Source: Eledone cirrhosa (taxonomy: Eukaryota). From it: a stretch of DNA of 64,000 nt. The position numbers and the translations under genes were made by a program. Where the stretch lies: assembly GCA_964016885.1 (NCBI GenBank), contig OZ024741.1, positions 374,232,001-374,296,000 of the forward strand, read 5' to 3'. The notes under the pieces are model-generated. The model saw only the letters and a list, made by a program, of their open reading frames with translations. It ran no database searches and was not told where the DNA came from. Positions 39,721 through 52,998 of the stretch are shown here, piece by piece; the stretch's first letter is position 1, and every line of letters starts with the position of its first letter.

Positions 39721-42658
39721 GGCCATGCTCAATATGCAGCAAAAGTGTAGGTAGAAATTCCATATGGTACACCTAACAGAAATCATGGGTGTACAAAGTG
39801 CAGTAAGATCACAGACAGACTAACAGAAGTAGATTTCAGAGACACAGGAGTAAGCAGTAAAAAGTAAAATCTATGAAATAAATTTTTCAAATGCTCGAAG
39901 ACTTTATGCCTGAGCATACATATATGTATATATATATGTATCATCACCACCACCATTTTATGTCCATTTTTCCATGGGTCAGATGGGTCATCTGCATGGA
40001 GTGACAAGTCTAGCCAGGATTGGCCATGCCATACCTTGTTCCAACAGGACTGTAAATTTGGCCAAGTTTTTTTACAGCTGGTTACCCTTCATAACATCAA
40101 CCACATTTATGTGAATATATAAATATGTATGTATACCAGTTTTTATAATAGGTGCACTATATCCCTGCATATCAAGAAAGGTATTCAACCATAAAACACT
40201 GTTTCAAAAAGTTCTGTCCAACCCATCCCATCAAGGAAAGGTGGACATAAAAACAATGGTGATGATGATAATATAGAATACATAAAATACAACAGGTGGT
40301 TTATGGTCATCTTATTGGCATAAACAGAAGTTAGTCTTGCAATCCTCATAAATCTTTTTTTGAGGAATGTTTTACATCTAGATGTCCCATCCTGGTACCA
40401 ACACTTTTAGTCACCTCTTACAACAGGCAGAGATACTGTGTATGTATACTAAACTGAGTGCACATAAAATGTAGAATAAACGGCATATATTATAGAATCA
40501 TCATCACCTTTTTATGGGTTAAACAGGTTGTCAAGTTCTGAAGCCAGACAGGTCAGTGGACTGTTTTGCTCATACATTACCTTTTGGGGGCATGGTTAAC
40601 TTACCTTTCTACAGCTAGATGTCTTTCCTAACACTAACCACTATGCTGTGTACCAGGTGTGTTTTATCATGGCACCAGTATAACTACTTTACAACGTGAA
40701 CAGAATGCATTTTATTGTGACACCAGCACTAACATTCAGGCACTTGTGTCTTGAGAAGTAAAAATGGCCTTAATAATAATAATATATAAAATATTTTTAT
40801 AATATATTTATATCATATCCCATGGCTACTGGCCAGGTTGCCCAATGGCAAGTGGGCACCAGGGAGCCCACTGTAGTATTTTAGGGGCCAATGCTTTGCT
40901 TTCAAAAAATATCTAAAAATAAGTCTAAGAGAAAGAATACATTTTTTAAAAAATAAACAAAGGAAAACATTTGGTCAAACAATTCCCTGGTGGATTAATA
41001 GAAACCAAAATATATAACAGTGTTTACAGTTAAAATTATTGATTGTCTTGTCTAGTTCACACACACACTTACACACACGAGCTGCTGGACAAATAACTTT
41101 TGATATCAATGGGTTAAAGACATGTAAAATCAATTAGTGGTCAGTTCTCCAATCTAAAGTCTCTTGGGAGAATGAGTCAAATAATTTTTGTACAAGTTGA
41201 AAACATGTATGCTATAAATCTATATATACACATGTACATGTACACACATTCCCAGGTATATATATTGAGTGTGAAAGACCAAAGGTCATTATTGAAAGTC
41301 TCTGGATGTGTATATTTCACTTTATATTCTTTATTGGAGAAGGTAAGACCAGTCACTTGCATACTCGACTAAATAACAGTATACTATACATTACAATTAT
41401 CTAAAAATTCAATTATAACATTCTGTATTAATATTTAGTATTACTGTATACTGCCAGTAATATGTACAGTATATATACACTATAATTAGTAAAAAATTAC
41501 TTTTTTCCACAAAAAAAAAAAAAATCTTACTGCACTGTTTTCTTTTCACTTATGTATTTTTTGAAAATGCTATTCATTATAAAAATCAAATGATAGCATT
41601 CTATATGTGGGTGGACCCCTTTATCTCCTAGCAACCAATATCTTTAGACCCATTCCACCACTGATCATATCCCTTGCTTGCTGGGAGATCAGTAGCCACC
41701 ACTTCAGTACTGACTTGGTCTATGTCGACCCATCCAACCCTTGCTAGCAAAGAAAGCTAACATAAAAAATGCTGATTATCATCATCATGATAGAATATTA
41801 TATAATAAAGTATGAAATAAAGTATTTTATAATATAGAATATTGTATATAAAATATTATACAGTAATATAGATCATAGAATAAATAATACATAGTAATAT
41901 ATAAAATATGTATGTGTGGGATGTGAAACCTACAAGTAATGGTATTCAGGTTTTTTCCCCTCCAATTGTTGTGCATTACATTCCTATTCAATGATATGAC
42001 GAATAAGAAAAATAGGCCAATGTTGACATGAATATTTTTATCTATACACTCAATATTAACAGTTAAATCTGCCATTGATAGACACAAAACATTCAACACT
42101 GTCAAATACTTAACATTTAAGATTTACCTATAAACTCAGTAATATTAACACTTTAACCTGTGATACGAGACATGTTGTAACATTCAACCTTACATTTAAA
42201 ATCCGACAGAATAGAAAATATTTTTTTTATATTTATTTGTAGATATAAAATTAAACTAACAGTTCAGAAATAGAAATTAAAATATTCCCACTAAGACTTT
42301 TGATATAAATTTTCACAATTGTTATAAGTAATATAATGAAAAAACAAAATGCATAATATCAAACTATGAATTACATATTTGATGCTAATCTAAAAATAAT
42401 AACCAACTATTATATTATTAAACAATAAACATCTTCAACCCTTTAGCATTTAAACCGGCTCTATCTGGCCAGAATTCTTTCACTTCTTTTTTGTTCAAAC
42501 TGACCGTTTATATTGATATTAAGGTATTATTCTCAAAATAAATAGTATCAAAATCTCAGATTCAATATGTAAGATAATTGTGTGAGAAAGACTTTACTGA
42601 ACATATAGTAAATATAGAGTAATGTAAATGCTAAAGGGTTAATATAACCTATATTTAC

Positions 42659-42719
42659 CATGGCACCTCTGTAGTATGCTGTTGTGATAGTCCTAAATCG
42701 CTCTTGGCCAGCTGTATCC
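42659..42719 (-). CDS. RAB8: Rab8 exon 3 (61 nt): DTAGQERFRTITTAYYRGAM
   Basis: tttttag acceptor, GTAAAT donor; G3 DTAGQE, RFRTIT and YYRGA motifs. Confidence 0.97.
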
Positions 42720-43474
42720 CTAAAAAATAAAAAATTAAAAATTAAAAACAAACATCATAATTACAAGTCTAGCTTTTAGGATAATCTACACAAATGACAT
42801 TTTATTATTATTATTAATAATAATTACTGGTACATAAATTTGGCCAGTGGCCAATAAAGAAATCATTCTTACCAATAGAGAACCCATTGTTTTATAGACA
42901 AAATAACATTTCATTTCTTCACAAAATTATATTTGTAGATTATATAAGTGAGCCAAACATCTTGACCACTAAGCTATGTGCCATATATTCATTGTTTAAT
43001 GGCCATTTTTCCACACTAGCAAGGGTTAAACGAGTTGTCTCTTAACCCTTTAATGTTCAAACTGGCCAAAATTCTCTACCTCTTTCTGTTGAAACTGGTC
43101 GCTCAAACTGATGTTAAGGTATTGTTCTCAAAATAAATAATATCAAAATCTCATAGATTCGATATTATGCGAGATAATTATGTGAGGTAAAGCCTTTACC
43201 ATGAAAATATAATAGTAAATATAGAGTAATGTGAATGCTAAAGGGTTAAGACAAGTCAGATAAGATGACCGTGTCTTATTCATACAGAACTGTGTCTGGC
43301 TTGGTTTCTATGGCTGGATGCCCTTCCTAATGCCAACTACATATATATATATATGCACATGAAGTATATGCATCCTAACACAAATGACCATACTATATAA
43401 ACTATATATGACTACTATAAATAGTTGAAAAAGTACCCTTGGAGACAAAAAAAAGTGTAATAATAGTGCAATAA

Positions 43475-43798
43475 TAATTGTTTCTACTTTAGGCACAAGG
43501 CCAGCAATTACCCAGTGCATTACTGGTACTTTATTTTATCGACCTCGTAAGGATGAAAGGCAAAGTCAACCTCGGCAGGATTTGAACTATTATTATAGTC
43601 ATTTGTGGTGGATTAGCAGTATCGGTAGAGGGTCGGATGCCATGCTTTAACGCATAGAGTTACGGCCCTTGCCATTCTGAGTTCAAATCTCGCCAAGGTT
43701 AACTTTGCCTTTCATCCTTACGAGGGTCGATAAAATAAAGTACCAGTAATGCACTGGGATAATTTCTGGCCTTGTGCCAAAAGTAGAAACAATTATTA
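43475..43798. mobile_element. Head-to-head pair of the same SINE (43475-43588 minus, 43605-43798 plus)
   Basis: Core present in both orientations, both with the short CTGGG(A)TAATT tail variant. Confidence 0.85.
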
Positions 43799-44693
43799 TA
43801 GCCATGTGTTGGGAAGCACATTTCAAAATTACCCAATGTTTCCTAAGTCATCTGTTTTGTGTGTGTTGAGAGGGGAGAGGGGGCAACGCCAATGACAGTA
43901 ATAATTTCTGGCATGAAAGAATATTTTTGAACAATAGTATCTTTCCTAGTGAACAGATTGTTGAGAAAATGAACAGTATGAGAGTAAAGACTAATTTTTC
44001 ATGTTGATACATTCAATTTTGCTAAAAAATAATGTTGCAAATGAGTGATTGTTCATCGATTCTTTGAACATCCTGAAATGATTGAGCAAAAACATTTTAT
44101 AATAGGTTTGTTAATTCAAATATTTATAATATCTTTACTAGTGGACAAATTGGTTGTGAAAAGTTTCAGTATTAGAGTGACTTTAATTTCTGATGTGATG
44201 TAGTCAGTGTTGTTTTATACTTTACAACAATGTCTAGCTAATTCAGTTTCATATGATTTTCTCTTCCATCCTCTTTTTAGCACAGTCGCTCATAATACAT
44301 TAAGTAGGAATCAGTAAAATAATAATAAAATTAAATTTAAAAAAAAATTAAAGTGTAAACAACTTGACATATGCCATCTGCAGGAAGCATAGTAAAGAAA
44401 CAATGAGAGAAGTAGATATACATAAGATCTTTTATGTAGGTAGGTAGGTGTGTGGTGTGTGTGTGTGTGTAATATAATACACAGTAGTAGGGAAGTGGAT
44501 ATTCTAACTAATGAAAGCCATTATAATTTCAACATGTGCTAGCAAGGTTTAATAGATGAGCAGAAAGTCAACAGGGAAGCCTGGTAAGAACTACTTGCGA
44601 ATATGAATATCTTGGTGATAGAATAGGATTTTAATGGCCATGTTTGAAATCTCATGACTGAATAAGGAGCCTTTAACCAAAGTGGAAATAATA

Positions 44694-46012
44694 CAGTGAC
44701 TCCAAACAAGACTGGCCGAGCACATTTTGTGTTACTTTATATTCATTTTTTAACAGATCAATCTTAAATTTCTGGACACGCAGATATGTCTGAGAAGACA
44801 AAACTCTAAATGGCAACTCTAGCACTGGATTTTCTGTGTGAAGCACTAATATAAGTGTGACTCATACAAGTAGGTCCAGAAGCAATTTTGTGCTTCTTTT
44901 TTGATGGGGAACAGACAAATCTCCCTTCAAAGCCAATATACAAAACTGGGTGAAGAATGAGAGTATGGGATAGTGGAGAACCTCAATACAATGTCTGAGG
45001 ACTACCCTCTCTGGACAACCCAGGAAGTTATTGACATGGTCAGAGAGTCTGTTGAACAGAGCCCAAAATGATCACTGCACAGGAGAAACTAATCCTTAGG
45101 CCTCTCCACAGAAACTTGCAGAAGGATTGTCAAAGAATCTTAAGAAGTACTCCTACAGAATTCAGACTAAACAAAAGCTTACTGTAGTTGGTAAGACCAA
45201 GACAAAAGCTACGGTTGTGGAAATGATGAAGATGGAAAACAACCTAAATTTTCTGAATCTACTGTGGACCTCTGATGAAGCCCACTTTCACTTAGAGGGA
45301 CAAATCATCTTCTGGAGGTCAGAGAAACCAACTAAAGTGGCTATGAAGCCTTTCCACTCAGTTAAATTTACCATTTGGGCTACCATTTCTGAAAGAGTTG
45401 ATTGGTCCATTCTTCTTCAAAGAAAAAGGTGTCACTGCTAGTTAAATAGGAACATCGTGTGGAGGTCGAAGAAGACTTCAAAAAGGGGTTACAGACCATG
45501 TACCCATCTAATGAAAATGTTCTGGTTCCATCCAGCAAGTTGGAGCAAGCCCTCGCACCTCCAATGAGTTGCAAGAATGGTTTTAAAATAATTGTAAATT
45601 GTGTGATCAGTTTGAAGACTGATTTTCAGTGGGCCTCACACAGCCTTGATTTAAGCCCGTCAAATGTCTTTCTTTAGGGCTATTTGAAGGAAAGGATATA
45701 TGTCAACAAATCCAACACCATCATTGAACTAAAAGAAAACATCAAGGAGGAGATCAGAGCCATCCCCAAGTCTGTTTGTAAAGATGTTATACTAAACTTC
45801 ACCATGCACCTCAAAAACTGAATGGATTCAAATGGGGATCACTTGTAATATGTGCTGTAACTCTAAACAGAAACATCAGAAGATAGTGAATTTTTGATAT
45901 GTTTTTAATGGCTTGAACTAAATATATTGAGAGTTTCTTTAGTTTTTTTTTTCAAAAAATGAATGTCAAAAATACAAATCAGGTCTTTTTTTTTTTTTTT
46001 TTAGTCACCCTG
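44694..46012 (+). mobile_element. Decayed Tc1/mariner transposon (probably rosa/DD41D-like)
   Basis: Transposase relics LWTSDEAHFHLEG, WF..Q.GA, WASHSLDLSPSNVFL*GYLKERIY; ends TA|CAGTGAC ... GTCACCCTG|TA. Confidence 0.85.
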
Positions 46013-46269
46013 TAAGACATGACAACTTTAGTGCTGGTGCCATGATAAAATGTATTTGGCAGAGTGCTGAATCACATGTAAGCGAGAAGTAGATCGCCAG
46101 CCCATCTGAGCAGTTGGTACAGAGTGAGAATGTATGTAAGCAAGATACAGGCCCCCAGCTTATCTGAAAAGTCAGTAGCTCTGCTTGAGCACCAAACCAG
46201 TCTATTGATGATCCATCCAACCTTTGCTAGCAGTGAAGCAGATGTTAAATGATGAGTCTATTGGAGTGT

Positions 46270-46303
<34 letters not shown>

Positions 46304-47072
46304 AGATTCTAATGACAAACAAATACTTATAAACCTGAAGCCACTTGTTGAAGAATGTCTACCCAACATAGAGATTAGTCATTCAGAAGTTCAAAACCTA
46401 CAACTATTAAGAAGGGGAGTGTGCATAATGAGAAATGATTTGAGGGTCAACTCTCACATAATAGTAAGTAGCCAAGAAAAATAAAGAGAAAATCTGAGCT
46501 TTCCTCAGAAACAACCTACAGCAGACTATTAACCAAGTCTTGAAGCTGGTGCAGAGTCTTGTGGAAAACAACAAAGAAGATAGTGTAGCAGGCAAGAATG
46601 TAAGTGATAATAATAACAGGCTTAGTGGGAAGATGAAGATAGGAAGTCACTTAACTCTTAATATTCGGTAATGATTCAACAGAAAACATATAAAAATAGG
46701 TTTGTTAATACAAATGTCTGCAGTATTTTTACTAGTGGACATTGTAAAAATGTGTAGTATTAGATTAAAGACTAATTCTTTTTAATGTGAGGTACTTCAA
46801 AGTGCTATTTTCAAGACTGTCTTGCTAATGCAGTACAGGTCTTAAAAAGTTAAAGGAACATTACAGTTAGAGTTTTATCATTAAGTTTTTGAAGTTGGAT
46901 GAGAAATAAAATATTGGTAAAAGGTTTGAATTGATACAGATGTACATAACTTGAGGGACAGTAAAAGGAGAAAAGGCATGTGTGAGGTTTCTAAACAAAG
47001 AATATGAGCAGAAACAACAGAGCAAAATACCATTGGACCAAATAGTGATATCTAAATGGAAATAGTTACCTA

Positions 47073-47262
47073 CCATATACTCAAATATAAACCAAGGAAT
47101 AATCAACCAAAAAAAATGATGGTAGAAGGATGTCAGCTTGTATTCAGGATCAATATTTTGACAATTTTCACCAAATTCAAATCCTATGTAAATAGGGCTT
47201 GGATCTTTGCCCATTTCTGAGACATAAAATAGTAGGATTGGCTTATATTCAAGTATATATGG
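47073..47262. mobile_element. Tc2/pogo-like MITE; second copy at 56433-56623
   Basis: TA|CCATATACTCAAATATAA ... TTATATTCAAGTATATATGG|TA; the two copies align over their full length. Confidence 0.75.
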
Positions 47263-48596
47263 TAATTGAGTAGTAGGCAATAATCTGCACCCCTACACTG
47301 ACAATACAAAAAATTAATACACAAAATGTGTATAGGATATTTAACAGAAGTTAGAAAGCAGAATATTAACTTCACTGGATATACTGAGTAATTAATATCA
47401 TAATCATTGATGAACTAACATCAGGGAGTAATAGAAAAGTTGATTTTTATAAAAGTGAGGAAAATGGAGGCAAAATTAGTACTAGCAAAATGGCTACAGT
47501 TCAGTATGATAAAAAGTAAGAGCTAATATTATTTGGCAGCCAAGGTGCCTCATACTGTCCCAAACAGTGGGAATGAACCCCAAAACATGATTGCAAAGTG
47601 AACTCCTTCACCACACAGCCATGGAAATAATTATATAACACACATATCAAAGTTTTACTAACAAAAAATGCATGTGAAAATTATTTCAACTGGCCTAGAT
47701 AATGCACCAACTTTCTACAATTTTGCGTTTAATGTTTTGTGGTAACATGACAGGACAATATTTGAAAGAAAAAAAAAAGTTGTACTAGACTAACTGAAGC
47801 ATGACATTTGCCGAGACTAAAAATAAAACCTACAAAAGAATAACTGAAATAAAAATGTTGAAACAGAGTTAATAATCAAGTCTAATTCCTATCATGGTCC
47901 ACATTCTTGGTTTAACACCACCACCAAACCGTTGGGTACTTTTAGTAGGATCCACTCTGTTGCAATCATCCAGGCCAGATTTTGGGTTTGAGGATAACTT
48001 TCTACCTCAATTTCTACTAGTTACAGAAGCCCTTAAAACAATTATCCTCACCCTACCCACCCAGATTAAGCAATAAATAAATAAATAAAAAGAACTATCT
48101 CAATCAGTGCACTGTTATAATATTCACTATAAACAATATGTATTGATGCATACACACCCACACAACTAATAATTTAATTTACACTTCATTTGAGGTTCAT
48201 CCTCATGTATAGACAAGAAATCATAGAGTGTCCCATCCTGAACAGCTTTCAAAGAATTGAACCACAACAGCAAGGCTGAGTTACTGGGTGAATTCAAAAG
48301 GACAGAGAAGGTAACAGTTCACAGGATATGGAAGACAGCAAAAAGAACCTCTTGTTAGTAATGGAACAGGAGACAGGAGAAAAGCTGGAAACCAGGTTTT
48401 GGTCACCATTGCCAACCCACCAGAGATTGAAACCCCTAATGACCATTGGACACTGTCTGATGGCATCAAATCCTCTTGGCCAAGGGTATATTCATCAAAA
48501 GGGAATGAATGTGAGGTATCTTTATTCTAGCTACAAACATCAAGCATAAAGGCCTATTCCAAATGTATAGGGTGGTTAAGTTAAAACTAAGTTACA

Positions 48597-49800
48597 CATC
48601 ATCATCAGTATTTTCCATCTGTCTTTCCATGCTTGCACGAGTTGAGTGGGTTCCTTTGCCAGCCTTGTGAGGTTCAGAATCTTGAAATCAGCTCTCACCA
48701 CTTCTGCTGATGTCTTCCATTTCCAAGGTTTCCTATTACTTGGAATTTCTGGCCCTTCTGTACTCAACTGTCTTTATCCATGTACATTACTTGTCTGTAT
48801 AAATGCAGTCTTCTGTCTTGTATACATTTAATTCCAGTATACCTAGTTTTTTTCTTTCAACTCATCTGTGCGGCATCAATGATACATAGACTACTACTTA
48901 TCTAGCAGAGCATATTCACTGTTTCTGTCCAGCTTTAGCACATCCTCTGAATACAATCTATGCCTGGCTACCATGCAGCAATGCACTACCTTTTTCTTAG
49001 AGAAAGAATCATTTTGATGCCAGTATAGGTAATAGTACTTTGAACTGTTTCTACTGTTCTTATTCTGGATCCTATGCTTTCAGAGGCAGATAACAGAAGC
49101 TATCAACTCCTTCTATGGAGCCTTCAATGCTTGGGAAAGATTTTTTTTTTTTTTACTGGTGCTGACTGACTACTCCTGTGCCATATACATAGTCTACCTA
49201 CTCTTATCCTGTCTGCAATCTCACTACACATATGTACCCATAGTTTACATTGAGTACAATATATAGAATTCTTACCATTATCTTTTTTGCTTATCAAGCA
49301 TGGTCATTTCCCTGGTAGCAACAGTCATCTTGTTTACTTACTAAAACTCAAGCCATTGCTAAGTTTACTTCTGAATTCTTTCAATTCTAAATTCTGTCAC
49401 CCTGCCTGGAATTTCTTCTCCAGATCTTCCTCAAAATCAGCTATAAAAATGAGGCCATATGCATACAAAAAATTCCTACAGATAAGAGATCTTAAATTTC
49501 TCTAATTAACTGGAGAACTACTATAATAAATAGATCATTTGTGACAGAGCTCTAAGAGCCGTGATACCTCTTCATTTTTAGTACAATATCCATAGCCACA
49601 ATGTACTGCAGAGTAGCCACCATGGTGGTGCCCAACAAGTTTATAAAGTCACTAGCCAAAATAATGAAATCACTATCATTTGTTACCAAAGCAATCTGTA
49701 AGAGCCTCATAACTCCTTCCTTTGATTTAGTGCCAATGTAGGTTATACATATTAGCTTACTAGCAACCACACAACTTGGCTGGAATACTGAACAAAGTAT
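48597..49800 (-). mobile_element. Highly degraded RTE LINE
   Basis: Minus-strand RT, PHD and C-terminal remnants (KTSAEVVRADFK) ending in CAAGCATGGAAAGACAGATG...GATGATG. Confidence 0.7.
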
Positions 49801-50109
49801 ATAATGTTACAAAGTAAATATAAAATTACTTCCGGTTGTCACTTGACAACATATAAACAAAACCTAGAATTAGGTGAAGGACAAGATTTTAAATACTGTC
49901 ACAGTTGGTCACTCTAAATGTTTGTTTGGTCTTTTTTTTTTCTTTAATTCAATAACTGGGACAAAAGATTTTAAATTTGTATAGTATACTTTGGTGGGCC
50001 GGATGACCTATATGAAATTTTTCAGTGCATAGCACCTTGCCCCTATTCTTGATTTTTAATATAAATTTTTCTATAAATATCTGTGTATGTGCCTCTCTCT
50101 CTCTCTATA

Positions 50110-50144
<35 letters not shown>

Positions 50145-50440
50145 AATGGACCTGTTATTTTTCTCTAAAAACATTTTTTCCAATTCCACCCTGCCCATCT
50201 CTTCAATCTATCTAATTTCTCATTCTTTCTTCTAATGGAGGACTAGCGTCCGAAAGGTTAAGACCCTCTTCCTACTATTTCAATTGTTAACCTAATATAT
50301 TCCTTCCATATACTGTACCGATTGTGTTTTTTGTTTACCTTTTACATTATATATATATATATATATATAAGTTTATCCCGGGTTCAATCGGGAGTGACCA
50401 CAGCAAGTAAGGTACTCAATACATAGAGTATAAATATTTA

Positions 50441-50552
50441 ATATAGAAATGGCTTCTACAGGACTAGAACTGTTTCATTCAGGAGAATTCATCAGAGCTT
50501 CCTGATGATTTCTCCCGAATGAAATAGTTCTAGTCCTGTAGACTACCATTTC

Positions 50553-50557
<5 letters not shown>
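50441..50557. ncRNA. Fold-back hairpin formed by two head-to-head hammerhead ribozyme motifs (partly degenerate)
   Basis: CTGATGA-stem II-GAAA-stem III-GTA on both strands; the consensus of the arms is a complete type I hammerhead. Confidence 0.65.
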
Positions 50558-50605
<48 letters not shown>

Positions 50606-52960
50606 TAAACGATATTTTGAGATATAATAGAGAAACTAACCAGGCTTCAATACATATAAAAACAAATACAATTTCTGGTGTTAAATAAAAACATTACACA
50701 ATGATTAAGTTATATTTACCTTAAATTGTATTTGTTTTTATAAGTATATATGCTTTAAAGCCTGATTAGTTTCTCAATTGATATATCTCAACATATCGTT
50801 GAAACTATTTTATATTATTGATGCTCTAAACAAAAGTTCATCGAGCTCTCACTGAAAAACATACATATTTTATATGTATTGATTAAACCTAAAATTAAGA
50901 GAGAGACTGCGGCGCTGTAACCATTAATCATGGGAGAACTAAATACATAGGAAGAGGCAGAGTGGATATAGAGATATGTAAAATCCCGACCACAGTGCCA
51001 AGCAGTTTCGGTTTGTATGTTCAGCTAACCTTTTTAAGGGTGTAGCAATATTGTTACACAAAGTTGTACAAATATTGCTACACCCTTGAAAAGGCTTGCT
51101 AAACATACAAGCCAAAACTGCTGGGCACTGCAGTTTGGATTTTACATATCTCTCTCTCTGTATATGTATATATACACACACACATATATATACACAAGCA
51201 GGGAAAAGTGGACGTAAAATCGCACCCACACCCACACCCACACCACATGGGCTGACACATTATGAGGCCAGACAAGCTAGGTGACCACGTCATGCTGATA
51301 CAATTCACTTTTCGCTTGGTTCTCTATGGTTGAATGCCCTTCCTAAGGCCAACCACCTTACATGGTGGACTGGGTGCCTTTTGTCACGACACTAGTATGA
51401 CCTCTTTACAGGTTGGGCAGAGTACTTTTGTTGTGGCACCAACAGGACCACTTTACAAAGTGGATTAGGTGTTTTTCATTATAGCACTAGCATCATTCAG
51501 AACACCAGCACTTAGGTGTTGTAAGAAGTGACTAAAATGGTTGGCTTCAGGAAGGACATCCAGCCATAAAACACTGCCTCAAAAAGGACACTATGGTGAA
51601 TATGAAGCCCATCATGAGCTCCAGACAGCTACCCTTATATTTAATGTTGAAAAAATTTTGAATTGATTTGACACATAAAAATGAGTGTAGTTGAGATGTT
51701 TACAACACTGCATACTCAAAGAAGCCAATCATTAAAATAGTACCAAGATTGGTAATACAATATATTGAAAAGATCTACCAACTATAAACAAAAACATGGA
51801 GGAAAAGATTCAACTACAGAACCTCATAGCTGATTTACAGCATCCCTTGCTTCCCATTTTTTCTTTATCTTTTTTAATATTTATTTTGCCTCCAGTTGGC
51901 CTTTCCTTTTAATATTTCTTATTTCATTTTGTTTTGTTTTATTTAAATATTTTTATACTCACTTATCTCTGTATATCTTGGTTTTGCCATTTTGTCTGCA
52001 GGGTGCAGTTAAAACAATGCTCTGGCCTAGGTATAGAGTCTGTCACCCTCTCCCCCTTTGTCAAAGAGCCTTTGCTCTTCCCCTCCCATTTATGGCATGT
52101 ATAGTCCTTTCCAATACTGTTTTCTTTGTATGTTTGACCAATTTATAATCAAGCTAACTAACTAGGAAATCATTTTATTTTCTTACTGACTAAACTGATA
52201 AGCTATATCTTTAGCATTTACATTAAAGCCTTTACTGTGAAAATATAATAGTATATATAGATATACTATTATATTTTCACAGTAAAGACTTTCTTTATCC
52301 CACATAATATCGAATCTATGAGATTTTGATATTCATTTTGAAAACAATACCGTACCATCAGTATGAGTGGCTGGTCACAGCCAGCTTGAACAGAAAGTGA
52401 GATATGGCCACTTTAAATGCTAATGGGTTTAACTAGAAACATTAATAGAAGCATTAAAGATGTTTCTTCTTGGTTTTTGTTCAACTAGTCTGTCATGGAT
52501 TACTAGTTCTATAGGGACTTTTAAATTCTCTAAATAAATATCAGCTCAGAAATGGAAAAGAATATTTGCATTGTCTATGGATGTACAGCTAGAAACGTCA
52601 GGATATGTAAGCAATGTTTTGGTCAATTATATTCGAGAAACTTTCTCCAAGATTTACCTCATGCTAGATGAACAACTTTGCTCTATAATGAGTCTTTCCT
52701 AACTGTAATCAAAGAAAATCACACGCTGACTGCTCAAAACATAACTGTTCTATACAACTCATAACACCAACCATTTTACTGAGTGTACAAGGTGCACTTT
52801 ATTGTGGCACCAGCACTAGGGAAGTTGTTAGATCTTTGATGTGACTGAGAAGTTCTCCCTAACCTATGTTGCTGCTGCTTAAATCCCAACCACTTTGTGA
52901 AGTGTATCAGTCTACTTTATAGTGATGCCAACACTAGAGAGGTTACTTTTTTCCATGGCA

Positions 52961-52998
<38 letters not shown>

